From Candidatus Woesearchaeota archaeon (GTDB lineage Archaea > Nanobdellota > Nanobdellia > SCGC-AAA011-G17 > CAYHUM01), in NCBI GenBank assembly GCA_964359945.1, contig CAYHUM010000001.1, positions 1 to 57,795 of the forward strand: 57,795 nucleotides of DNA, read 5' to 3'. This document shows positions 1 to 7,608 of this stretch, in pieces (the stretch's first letter is position 1; every line of letters starts with the position of its first letter). The translations under genes and the position numbers were made by a program. The notes beneath the pieces are model-generated. The model ran no database searches, was not told the DNA's origin, and saw nothing but the letters and a program-made list of their open reading frames with translations.

Positions 1-245
1 TTAGACTCTTGAATTTTCTTTTTTTCTTCTGATGCTAAATTAATATAATAAGGAGAATGTATAGAGAGTTTAATATTAAAATTTTTATTAACATCATGAA
101 TTTTCTTTGCTAAGTCAACAGACATATGAACCCCTCTTACAAATTGCACTTCCATTGCTTGTAAACCAACTTCTTTTACATATGGTATACCTTCTAAAGT
201 TGAAGTTTTAGGAGAACCAGCTGGCCCTAGAAAAATTTGTTGCAT
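1..245 (-). CDS. endonuclease IV-like / AP endonuclease family 2 TIM-barrel protein, 5' part only (gene continues past window start)
   Basis: Hand translation from ATG (245..243): MQQIFLGPAGSPKTSTLEGIPYVKEVGLQAMEVQFVRGVHMSVDLAKKIHDVNKNFNIKLSIHSPYYINLASEEKRKFKS. The GPAG...AMEVQFVRG...SIHSPYYINL pattern is typical of archaeal Nfo-like proteins. It is absent from the ORF track because no stop lies in the window. Confidence 0.5.
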   Translation of the reverse strand, partial: MQQIFLGPAGSPKTSTLEGIPYVKEVGLQAMEVQFVRGVHMSVDLAKKIHDVNKNFNIKLSIHSPYYINLASEEKKKIQES

Positions 246-246
246 T

Positions 247-390
247 TTATACTTCTTTAAATTTAGACATTTGTTTTATTATTGCTTGATGTATAAAATC
301 AACTTCATCTTGAAACATATTAGTTTTTTTAACTAAAACTCTTATGCTTTCCATTAAAGGCTTGGGTAATTGAATAGTTTCATGTTCCAT
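247..390 (-). CDS. 47-aa hypothetical protein, possibly ribbon-helix-helix (CopG-like)
   Basis: Hand translation: MEHETIQLPKPLMESIRVLVKKTNMFQDEVDFIHQAIIKQMSKFKEV. It is below the ORF-track size cut-off. Its stop at 247..249 is 1 nt from the downstream ATG at 245. The fold assignment is only suggestive. Confidence 0.35.
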   Translation of the reverse strand: MEHETIQLPKPLMESIRVLVKKTNMFQDEVDFIHQAIIKQMSKFKEV

Positions 391-402
391 TTTAAGACCT
401 CC

Positions 403-633
403 TTATTTTGGGTTTTTTAATGTTAATGTTATTATAAATAATATTAAGATTAAAGCAATTAATATATAAAACATTCTCTTGTCATTAGCAAATCCAAATG
501 GAATAAACCCTATAAAACCTCCTACTGCAACTTTAGTGTTTTCTTGCTTAGAAGTAAAAGAACTAATAATTATAAAAATAACCCCAATCATTATTAAAGA
601 AAGACCTATAATGAATGGAATTTGATTATTCAT
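403..633 (-). CDS. small two-TM membrane protein (DUF131 / TIGR00304-like)
   Basis: 76-aa ORF with two hydrophobic helices flanking GGFIGFIPFGFANDKR, which resembles the GG-IGPIPI-FG core of archaeal DUF131 proteins. It overlaps the upstream gene by 4 nt. Confidence 0.5.
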   Translation of the reverse strand: MNNQIPFIIGLSLIMIGVIFIIISSFTSKQENTKVAVGGFIGFIPFGFANDKRMFYILIALILILFIITLTLKNPK

Positions 634-923
634 TTTTCATGAAGTTTTATATATTCTTTAACTTGTTTCTCGAAACCATAAATTGAATGTCCAAAAGGTA
701 TAAGTAAATCAATATTTAAATTTTCTAAGCCTACTGGTAAATCACATATTCCATAATTAGTAGACATCCATATGAGACATTTAGCATCTGTATTTTTTTC
801 TATAAAATTAACTATTTCTGTAGCTTTATTTTTTAAACCATCTGGTAATTGAATACATACCAATTTAGCTTTTTCTTCTTTAATTTTAGATATTACTTTG
901 TCTAATTCTAAGTCATAATTCAT
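630..923 (-). CDS. dph2: diphthamide synthase Dph2, N-terminal domain only (split gene, part 1)
   Basis: From the internal ATG (923..921): MNYDLELDKVISKIKEEKAKLVCIQLPDGLK...STNYGICDLP. This is the Dph2 N-terminal signature, including the first Fe-S cysteine (YGxCD). The track start at 971 is a TTG that abuts the divergent ATG at 972. The ORF stops after about 97 aa, where domain 2 should begin. Confidence 0.65.
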   Translation of the reverse strand: MNYDLELDKVISKIKEEKAKLVCIQLPDGLKNKATEIVNFIEKNTDAKCLIWMSTNYGICDLPVGLENLNIDLLIPFGHSIYGFEKQVKEYIKLHEK

Positions 924-944
924 AAGAATAGTATGGAAAACAGG

Positions 945-953
945 TTTTATAAA
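945..953. promoter_or_regulatory. near-palindromic TATA-like element (TTTTATAAA) between divergent genes
   Basis: It lies 19 nt upstream of the plus-strand ATG at 972 and 22 nt upstream of the minus-strand ATG at 923. This spacing matches other TATA-to-ATG distances in the window. Confidence 0.3.
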
Positions 954-971
954 CTTTCTCCTTAAAACCAA

Positions 972-2282
972 ATGAAAAAATTTATAAGAGCATTATTTAT
1001 ATACTTTGTAATGAAAAAACATAAGGAGCATAGTCTTTTAAAAGGCAGTTTAATATTATTAATTGCTACTATTTTAACTGGAATATTACAATATTTATTC
1101 TTTTCATATATAGCTAGAAAACTAGGACCTGAAAAATATGGAGAAGTTATAGCTTTATTATCTATTTATTTTATAGCTGTAATAGCGAGTGGAGCTATAA
1201 ACTCATTATTAGTAAGGTTTGTTACTTATTTTAAATCTAGAAGTCAATACGATAAAATTAATAGATTATTTAAGAATTCATTTAGATTATTTTTATTAGT
1301 GGGATTTTTAGTTTTCTTAATAATTCTTGTTTTAAGTCCAGGAATAAGTGCTTTGTTTAAAATAGATTCTGTAATTCCAGTATTAATTCTAGGATTATTT
1401 ATTTGGGTCTTTTTTGTTTTAACTATTTTTATAAGCATCTTAAATGGACTACAGAAATTTACTGAAATTGGATATGTAAGAGTAGTTGGTTCATTATTAT
1501 ACTTAATTTTTGCTGTAATTTTTATTCCTATAGGCTTAGGTGTTAATGGAGCAATGTTAGCTTTGTTTTTAGGGACTTTTTTAAGTATCATTCCTTCATA
1601 TAGATCTCTAAAGGATTTAGTTTCTATAAAATCTACTGATATAGGTAAAAGTGAAATTTATAAGTATACTATTCCAGTAGCAGTTACTTCTTTAATATTA
1701 GCTTTGATGTTTAGTTTAGATGTTATTTTAGTTAAAGCTTTTTTTAGTAAAATTAATGCTGGTTATTATGGAGCAGCTTCATTACTTGCTAAAATAATTT
1801 ACTTTGCTTCTTTTTCTATAATAACTGTTTTATATCCTAAAGTAAGTGAATTAAGTTTTAATGGTAAAGACCCTTCTAGATTATATAGAAATAGTATTAT
1901 ATATACATTTTTAATATCAGCATTTGTTACTACAGCTTATTTTATCAATCCAGAATTCTTTGTGAATTTATTATTTGGACATGAATATCAAGTTTCACAT
2001 ATTCTTGGGCTATATGCATTAGCTATTAGTTTATTTTCATTGATTAGTGTTATTGTTGTTTATAATTTAGCTATAAAAGATTATAGATTCATGAAGTTTT
2101 TATTACCATCTTTTATTTTAGAGTTTATTTTGATAATTTTATTCCATAGATCATTAATGCAAATTGTTATAATCTTAAATATTGTTATGGGACTATTGTT
2201 TTTATGTTTAGTTTATATAGATAGACATGAATTTAAGAAATTATTTAAATTTAGAAGTAAAAGTAGATTTAAATTATCATAA
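972..2282 (+). CDS. polysaccharide/oligosaccharide flippase (Wzx/MOP superfamily) membrane protein
   Basis: 436 aa, polytopic and hydrophobic throughout. The N-terminal LLKGSLILLIATILTGILQYLFFSYIARKLGPEKYG resembles Polysacc_synt family starts. Confidence 0.6.
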   Translation: MKKFIRALFIYFVMKKHKEHSLLKGSLILLIATILTGILQYLFFSYIARKLGPEKYGEVIALLSIYFIAVIASGAINSLLVRFVTYFKSRSQYDKINRLFKNSFRLFLLVGFLVFLIILVLSPGISALFKIDSVIPVLILGLFIWVFFVLTIFISILNGLQKFTEIGYVRVVGSLLYLIFAVIFIPIGLGVNGAMLALFLGTFLSIIPSYRSLKDLVSIKSTDIGKSEIYKYTIPVAVTSLILALMFSLDVILVKAFFSKINAGYYGAASLLAKIIYFASFSIITVLYPKVSELSFNGKDPSRLYRNSIIYTFLISAFVTTAYFINPEFFVNLLFGHEYQVSHILGLYALAISLFSLISVIVVYNLAIKDYRFMKFLLPSFILEFILIILFHRSLMQIVIILNIVMGLLFLCLVYIDRHEFKKLFKFRSKSRFKLS

Positions 2283-2594
2283 AATTCTTACTTCTTTTAG
2301 ATTTACATCATCGCCATCATTTACTTTTGGTATGGAATTACATCTTGGACAAGAGAATAATGTATAATCTGAACCTTTTTGTAAAATTTTTGCTGGTCCT
2401 TCATAACCACATGTACAAGATACATCAGAAGTTTTATTTTCTATTTCTATTCTCCAATTAGTTTTTTCTCTTAATAATGATTGTATTTCTACTGTATTTA
2501 ATGGAAAAAGTTCACCTACTTCTAGTTTTATTGCAGTAACTTTTCCGTGTTTTTTAGCTTCCTCAATTATATCTTCTATTATTATTTCATGCAT
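2277..2594 (-). CDS. HypA-like zinc-ribbon metallochaperone family protein
   Basis: The MHE N-terminus, a CxC (CTC) plus CPRC zinc-site arrangement and the 105-aa length match HypA/HybF architecture. Confidence 0.5.
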   Translation of the reverse strand: MHEIIIEDIIEEAKKHGKVTAIKLEVGELFPLNTVEIQSLLREKTNWRIEIENKTSDVSCTCGYEGPAKILQKGSDYTLFSCPRCNSIPKVNDGDDVNLKEVRIL

Positions 2595-2595
2595 T

Positions 2596-4086
2596 TTATA
2601 TTATTTTACCTAATTTTTTTAATTCTACTCCAGATAAAAATTTGTTTATAGTTTGTTTTAAATCTTGTAAAGAAATTCTTATTTGTTTCATAGTTGTAAT
2701 ATCACGAAGAGTAACTGTATTATCATTTAAAGTTTGATGATCTATAGTAATCATTGCCGGAACCCCAATTTCATCTACACGTCTATACATTCTTCCTATG
2801 CTACCAGAATAATCAGATATAACTTTATAATCATTCTTTAATAAGTTGTAAACTTCAGTAGCTTTTTCTGGTAATCCATCTTTATTTACTAAAGGAAATA
2901 CTGCTACTTCTACAGGAGCTATTGTAGATGGGAATAAAAATAAAGTTCTATCTTTTTCTTCTTTATAAAAAATATCCATTAATGCCCAAATGTTTCTGTC
3001 TATACCAAAGCTTATTTCAAGGACATGAGGAATAAACTTTTTGTTATTATAAAAAACTTCCAGACTTTCATTGCTTGCTTGTTGATGATTTATTAAATCG
3101 TAATTTGTTCTATAATGTAACCCTGAAACTTCCTTAAATCCATCTAAAGTTTCCATGTCTAATTCAATGTCAAAATGAATTGTGTTGTAGAATGCTTTTT
3201 CTTTTTCTGATAATTGTCTAAATCTAAATTTTTCCTTAGGTATTTTTAATGAATCTAAATAAAATTGTTGTATTTTTGCAAGATAATATATATAAAATTT
3301 AGGTATATTATTTTTATTTAAATCATTACATGAAATTTCTTTTACTTTTTTTTCTTTTTCTAATAAAACTTGCAATTTGTAGTTCTCTATTTCTTTCCAA
3401 GATTCATGTTCATTTAGTTTGTCTGGATCAAAGAAAATTTGAAGTTCTGCTTGTATAAATTCTCTTAGCCTAAAAAAACCTTGTCTTGGGCTTATTTCAT
3501 TTCTAAAAGCTTTTCCTATTATAGCTAATCCCATAGGTAATTTTTCTCTTAATGCTGAAAATTCACGTTTAAAACTTAAATAAGAATTTTGAGCTGTTTC
3601 AGGACTTAAATAACCTAATTCATTACCGGTTGCTCCAATCTTTACATCAAACATCATATTAAAGAATTTTACAGGCATTAATTCTGATTTACAATTAGGA
3701 CATTTTATTTTATTTTCTTTTATTAAGGATGTAAGTTCTTTTTCATCTAGAGCAACAACTTTTTTACCTATTTTTTCTTCTATTAAATCATCTGCTTTAT
3801 ACCTTATATGACATTTATTACATTCTGTTAAAGGATCATTAAAGTTTTTTAAATGACCAGATGCCTGAAATACTTTTTCTGGTAAAATATCAGATCCCTC
3901 AATCTCATAAAAATTAGGATTTAATTTTAAGAAATAGTTACGCCATAGATTTTCAAATTTATTCTTCATTAATTTTCCTAGATGACCATAAGTCCAAAAT
4001 CCTGCTTTAGTATTATAGATTTCAGCTGTAGGGAAGAAAAATCCTCTTTTAGTAGCTATATTCATTATATTTTCAGATTTATTCAT
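2596..4086 (-). CDS. glyS: glycine--tRNA ligase, archaeal/eukaryotic-type class II
   Basis: KRGFFFPTAEIYNTKAGFWTYGHLG at the N-terminus. The motif-2-like segment is GKAFRNEISPRQGFFRLREFIQAELQIF. It has a CxxC...CxxC insertion and a C-terminal anticodon-binding-like region. Confidence 0.9.
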   Translation of the reverse strand: MNKSENIMNIATKRGFFFPTAEIYNTKAGFWTYGHLGKLMKNKFENLWRNYFLKLNPNFYEIEGSDILPEKVFQASGHLKNFNDPLTECNKCHIRYKADDLIEEKIGKKVVALDEKELTSLIKENKIKCPNCKSELMPVKFFNMMFDVKIGATGNELGYLSPETAQNSYLSFKREFSALREKLPMGLAIIGKAFRNEISPRQGFFRLREFIQAELQIFFDPDKLNEHESWKEIENYKLQVLLEKEKKVKEISCNDLNKNNIPKFYIYYLAKIQQFYLDSLKIPKEKFRFRQLSEKEKAFYNTIHFDIELDMETLDGFKEVSGLHYRTNYDLINHQQASNESLEVFYNNKKFIPHVLEISFGIDRNIWALMDIFYKEEKDRTLFLFPSTIAPVEVAVFPLVNKDGLPEKATEVYNLLKNDYKVISDYSGSIGRMYRRVDEIGVPAMITIDHQTLNDNTVTLRDITTMKQIRISLQDLKQTINKFLSGVELKKLGKII

Positions 4087-4125
4087 ATATTTAAAAGAAA
4101 TAATTTAGTTTATATGTTTTTTGTT

Positions 4126-4767
4126 TTAAAGAACACCAGCACCATAAATCTCATTAATATCAATTATTTTCTTACCTTCTATTCTTGCACATGCAGTATT
4201 TACCCAGTATTCAATATCAGGGAAATTTTCAAAGTCAAGTTCACTAACATTATTTGTAATAAAGATATGAGATTCTTTTTTATCTTTAAGTAATTCTTTT
4301 AATTCAAGAGCTTTTTTAAGATTTTGTTGTCCTGGTTTTACAGAAACTATAATACCTACTTTTTTAGAATTTAAGAATTTTAGTAATCTGCCTTTACCTC
4401 TTCTTTCCTCTACCTCAATGTCTTTTGGATCTAGTAAAACTATTTTATTATCATAAGGATTAGCCATATAAACATTTTTCTTGGTTTTAAATGAAACTTC
4501 TAGGGGATGAAATCTTCCTGAACCAATATACAAAAAAGCATCTACGTCTTTATTTATTTTTACAGCATTAGTTGCATTACATCCAATTACTTGTCCACCT
4601 AATACAATTTCATGACTAGGAAGTGCTTTTTTAATATCATCAATTGCATGTAAAAATTGTATAGTTGTAACTACCCCAAGTTTTTTCTCAGAGAATTTAT
4701 ATTTACTTAATTTATTTAAGAAATCTTGATCAAAATTAGATTTAGCTTGTACTATGAATAATTTCAT
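4126..4767 (-). CDS. dph2: diphthamide synthase Dph2, domains 2-3 only (split gene, part 2)
   Basis: GGQVIGCNAT and WVNTACARI match the second and third Fe-S cysteines of Dph2. The 213-aa protein lacks the N-terminal domain, which is encoded at 630..923. Confidence 0.75.
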   Translation of the reverse strand: MKLFIVQAKSNFDQDFLNKLSKYKFSEKKLGVVTTIQFLHAIDDIKKALPSHEIVLGGQVIGCNATNAVKINKDVDAFLYIGSGRFHPLEVSFKTKKNVYMANPYDNKIVLLDPKDIEVEERRGKGRLLKFLNSKKVGIIVSVKPGQQNLKKALELKELLKDKKESHIFITNNVSELDFENFPDIEYWVNTACARIEGKKIIDINEIYGAGVL

Positions 4768-5285
4768 TTTTTTAATTTTTCAACTATGGCTTTTTCTGAT
4801 ATTATGGCAGAATTTCCATTAGGATCTTCTATAATAATCTTTAATGGAATATCTCCACATTCAACTTTCCATATTTTTTTAAGTAAATTCTTTGCATTTT
4901 GTCTTGTTTCATCATCTTCTGCAGAATCACGCTCAGCTTCTAATATTTTTTTGATTCTATTTAGTACACCTTCAATATTACTTATGTAACCTTCAGATGC
5001 AGCTCCTGGTTCAATAGTAATTTTAAGTTGAGGTATTTTTACAGTAGCTGTAGATGATTTAACTATACGAACATTAAGGTCTTTTGTATTTTCTACAGTA
5101 AATGTATATCTTGAAGGTTCTTTTGATTCTGATAACTCAATATCACTTTCTTTAAAATCACAATTTGAACATTCCATAGAAAATATAAAGACTTTTCCAA
5201 AGTAAGGAATATCTTGTTCATCCTCTGTCAAACTTAAAGTTTTCCCTCTGCATACAGGACAAGTTTCGTTTTTAATTTGATTCAT
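4764..5285 (-). CDS. ZPR1-type zinc-finger protein
   Basis: From the internal ATG (5285..5283): MNQIKNETCPVCRGKTLSLTEDEQDIPYFGKVFIFSMECSNCDFKESD, which is the ZPR1 C4 finger plus beta-rich domain. The longer track ORF (to 5384) would overlap sepF. Confidence 0.75.
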   Translation of the reverse strand: MNQIKNETCPVCRGKTLSLTEDEQDIPYFGKVFIFSMECSNCDFKESDIELSESKEPSRYTFTVENTKDLNVRIVKSSTATVKIPQLKITIEPGAASEGYISNIEGVLNRIKKILEAERDSAEDDETRQNAKNLLKKIWKVECGDIPLKIIIEDPNGNSAIISEKAIVEKLKK

Positions 5286-5320
5286 AAAATAAAATAGAAA
5301 AAATAAATTTATAAAAGTTT

Positions 5321-5710
5321 TTATTGGGGAGCAGGAACTTGTTCGCGATAGATATTGGCAAAGGATGGAGTAACAACAAGCCAATCATCACCAAAACCAG
5401 CTATATCTCCCTCAATAGCATCGCATGTTTTCTTTAATTTATTTACTGCCCTTTTAAGTTCAACTATATCTTTTTCCTTTAATGGTCTTATATTAAGTAA
5501 AGCTATAGTATAACCTTCACGTAATGCATCTATAGGATGTTTTATATCAGCGAAGTCTTCTATGATAAATGGCCTTATAGTAATTTTTGATTTAAGGCCA
5601 GCCTCAACTTTAGTATCAAGCTCAACAAAATCCTCTGAGAAATCATAATCATCCTCTGATTTGAATGTCTTAATTATACTCTCTTTTATTTTTCTGAATG
5701 TATCCTTCAT
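5321..5710 (-). CDS. sepF: cell division protein SepF (DUF552)
   Basis: IRPFIIEDFADIKHPIDALREGYTIALLNIRPL...DIAGFGDDWLVVTP is the SepF core. AAGAGGT lies upstream of the ATG. Confidence 0.75.
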   Translation of the reverse strand: MKDTFRKIKESIIKTFKSEDDYDFSEDFVELDTKVEAGLKSKITIRPFIIEDFADIKHPIDALREGYTIALLNIRPLKEKDIVELKRAVNKLKKTCDAIEGDIAGFGDDWLVVTPSFANIYREQVPAPQ

Positions 5711-5787
5711 TTTTTACCTCTTTTGTGTTATAATACAATAAATATATAAACATTTCTATTTATCATTGTGTTCATGAGTTAGTAGTA

Positions 5788-6060
5788 TTACTTTATTGAT
5801 TCTAGTTTTGTTACTATATGCCATATTTGTGTTCTGGTGTAACTTGGAATGTTTTGATTGTCTGAAATTTCATCTATTTGCTGTAAAGCTTTATTTATTT
5901 TTATGGCTAAATCATGATTATTATCCTTTAAAGCTTCTCCAGCCTCTTTTATCTTTATTCTTACGTTTCTAGGAACAGACAAGTCATTTTCAATTTGATC
6001 TAGAAATTCAATAACCTCAAGAAGATGTGGTTCATAAATGTCTAGTATAGGTGCCTTCAT
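5788..6060 (-). CDS. UPF0147 family protein
   Basis: LDQIENDLSVPRNVR...QQIDEISDNQNIPSYTRTQIWHIVTKLE matches the archaeal UPF0147 pattern (VPRNIR ... HTRT-IW). Confidence 0.6.
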   Translation of the reverse strand: MKAPILDIYEPHLLEVIEFLDQIENDLSVPRNVRIKIKEAGEALKDNNHDLAIKINKALQQIDEISDNQNIPSYTRTQIWHIVTKLESIK

Positions 6061-6389
6061 TTTTTTAATTCCTTCATTACTTCTGATTGTATCTCATTTG
6101 CTTTTTCTTTAAGCTTATCTTCTTGCTTTTCTAGATTTTTTATTCTTATATTTAAAATTTCCCTTTTTGATTCAAGATCTTTTTTTACTTCTACTTTATT
6201 AGAACTAACCATTATAGAGCCAACAATTCTATAAATAGGTTCTTTTGCAGAGTCTAATTCAGAAATAGCATTTTCAATTTCAAATAATTTATTTTGGAAA
6301 GTTTGTTTTTGAAGTAAGAAATTTTGGACGTTTTGTTCAATTAATTGTAATTGTGAAATTTTATCTTGAGTTTCTTTACTTGGTTTCAT
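6057..6389 (-). CDS. pfdB: prefoldin subunit beta
   Basis: 110-aa coiled-coil / beta-hairpin / coiled-coil layout (QLQLIEQNVQ...YRIVGSIMV...LEKQEDKLKEK). It sits in the conserved L37Ae-RpoP-prefoldin neighbourhood. Confidence 0.8.
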   Translation of the reverse strand: MKPSKETQDKISQLQLIEQNVQNFLLQKQTFQNKLFEIENAISELDSAKEPIYRIVGSIMVSSNKVEVKKDLESKREILNIRIKNLEKQEDKLKEKANEIQSEVMKELKK

Positions 6390-6390
6390 T

Positions 6391-6528
6391 TTACACTGCT
6401 TTTACTTTAGTGTTTACTACTCTAGATTTAAATAATATTTTAGATCCACAATATGGACATCTAATCTTTTTCTTAGTATATTCTTCCTTTATAAGTTTAT
6501 TGCAATTGAAGCATTTATAATTTACCAT
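6391..6528 (-). CDS. rpoP: DNA-directed RNA polymerase subunit P (Rpo12)
   Basis: Hand translation: MVNYKCFNCNKLIKEEYTKKKIRCPYCGSKILFKSRVVNTKVKAV. It has CxxC...RCPYCGSKI and ends in VKA-like residues. At 45 aa it is missed by the ORF track. Confidence 0.75.
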   Translation of the reverse strand: MVNYKCFNCNKLIKEEYTKKKIRCPYCGSKILFKSRVVNTKVKAV

Positions 6529-6530
6529 TT

Positions 6531-6746
6531 TTATTCAGGGAAATAAGCTCCTCCTGTGAATTTTACATAACATTTTCTGCATTCATAAATTCCTGGTGAG
6601 ACTCTTTTTACTTTTATATAATTACAATTAGGACATTTAAATTTAGCTCTTTGTTTTTTCTCTATTTCTACTATTTTTGCCCTTAATGTTCTACCATAAC
6701 GAGCTCCAAATCGGCCTGATGAATGTACTTTTTTAGTTCTTGTCAT
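6531..6746 (-). CDS. rpl37ae: 50S ribosomal protein L37Ae (eL43)
   Basis: From the internal ATG (6746..6744): MTRTKKVHSSGRFGARYGRTLR...CPNC...CRKC. The longer track ORF would run into tRNA-Pro. Confidence 0.85.
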   Translation of the reverse strand: MTRTKKVHSSGRFGARYGRTLRAKIVEIEKKQRAKFKCPNCNYIKVKRVSPGIYECRKCYVKFTGGAYFPE

Positions 6747-6762
6747 TTTTATTATTTTTATA

Positions 6763-6836
6763 TGGGGCTGCCCGGATTTGAACCGGGATCCCAAGGTCCC
6801 AAACCTTGTATCTTAACCAAGTTGGACTACAACCCC
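6763..6836 (-). tRNA. tRNA-Pro (anticodon UGG)
   Basis: Reverse complement: GGGGTTG TA GTCC..GGAT.. CAAGG TTTGGGA CCTTG .. CCCGG TTCAAAT CCGGG CAGCCCC A. The acceptor stem has 7 bp (one GU). The anticodon loop UU-UGG-GA has G37. No CCA is encoded. Confidence 0.85.
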
Positions 6837-6873
6837 CTTTGAGAGAGAGGTTATAGTAAATTTATAAATATGA

Positions 6874-7608
6874 CTATTTCTTAGTTTCTTTTTTAGGCTT
6901 TTCTTCTTTCACTTCAGTTTTTGTTTCCTTAACTTCTTTCTTTTCTCCTTCAGTAGCTTTAACTTCTTCTGTAGGAGCAGCTTCTGTAGGTTTTTCTTCT
7001 TTCTTGCCCTTAAGTTCTTCTTCAAGGGCTTTTGCTTTCTCAATTTCTTTCTTAAGTCTTTCTTGAACTTGTATTAATTGTTCTTGTAATCTAGTTTTTT
7101 TCTCTTCATTTACCTCAGTTATTTCTTTTTTAATTACAGCATCATAATATCCAGAATCAATTTCTTTGTTTATTTCCTTAGAATTAAGGCCCTCTACTAA
7201 AATACCCATAGAATTAGCTGAACCTATGACAGACTTAATACCCGCTTTTAAATCATTTATTAACATAGCATCATATTTCATTTTAGCAATTTTAATTATT
7301 TGTTCCATGGCTAAATTAGCTACTTTATTTTTATCTGGTTCTGAAGATCCTTTTTCGAGACTAATTTCTTTTTTAATTAATTCTGAAGTAGGAGGACTTC
7401 CTATGTTTAATGAAAAATCTTTAGATACAGGATCAACTACAACTTTTACAGGAACTTTCATGCCCTTAAATTCAGATGTTTTTTTATTGATTTCATCTAC
7501 GACTTTACCAACATTTATTTTTAGAGCACTTAAACTAGGTCCTAAAGGAGGGGCTGGTGTTGCTTTTCCACCTTCTACTAATACTTCAACTATTTGTTTT
7601 TTACTCAT
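6874..7608 (-). CDS. rpl11: 50S ribosomal protein L11 (uL11) with a C-terminal K/E-rich extension of about 80 aa
   Basis: [20 protein letters not shown]...MKVPVKV...[12 protein letters not shown]...[11 protein letters not shown] is the canonical L11 sequence. Residues from about 164 to 244 are coiled-coil and KE/PT-rich low complexity. Confidence 0.9.
   Translation of the reverse strand: MSKKQIVEVLVEGGKATPAPPLGPSLSALKINVGKVVDEINKKTSEFKGMKVPVKVVVDPVSKDFSLNIGSPPTSELIKKEISLEKGSSEPDKNKVANLAMEQIIKIAKMKYDAMLINDLKAGIKSVIGSANSMGILVEGLNSKEINKEIDSGYYDAVIKKEITEVNEEKKTRLQEQLIQVQERLKKEIEKAKALEEELKGKKEEKPTEAAPTEEVKATEGEKKEVKETKTEVKEEKPKKETKK

Noticed and set aside
1244-1591. Other antisense or overlapping track ORFs: 1244..1591, 3982..4293, 4786..4989, 7828..8037, 8134..8343, 15711..15896, 17796..18020, 25582..25797, 29849..30154, 35899..36132, 36361..36690, 37337..37549, 40202..40402, 46577..46765, 48242..48439, 48415..48648, 51452..51661, 53118..53453, 55362..55601 and 57322..57603
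   Set aside because: Each is fully or largely nested opposite a longer ORF with recognisable family motifs. Their translations are hydrophobic or low-complexity with no motif I recognise. This is typical of AT-rich shadow frames.
5286-5384. N-terminal extension MACCYSILCQYLSRTSSCSPIKTFINLFFLFYF of the ZPR1 ORF
   Set aside because: It overlaps the 3' end of sepF by 64 nt and has no ZPR1 counterpart. The internal ATG at 5285 gives the canonical MNQIKNETCPVC start.
6747-6794. N-terminal extension of the L37Ae ORF (MGSRFKSGQPHIKIIK)
   Set aside because: It runs into tRNA-Pro (6763..6836) on the same strand. L37Ae proteins start near MTRTKKV, which corresponds to the ATG at 6746.
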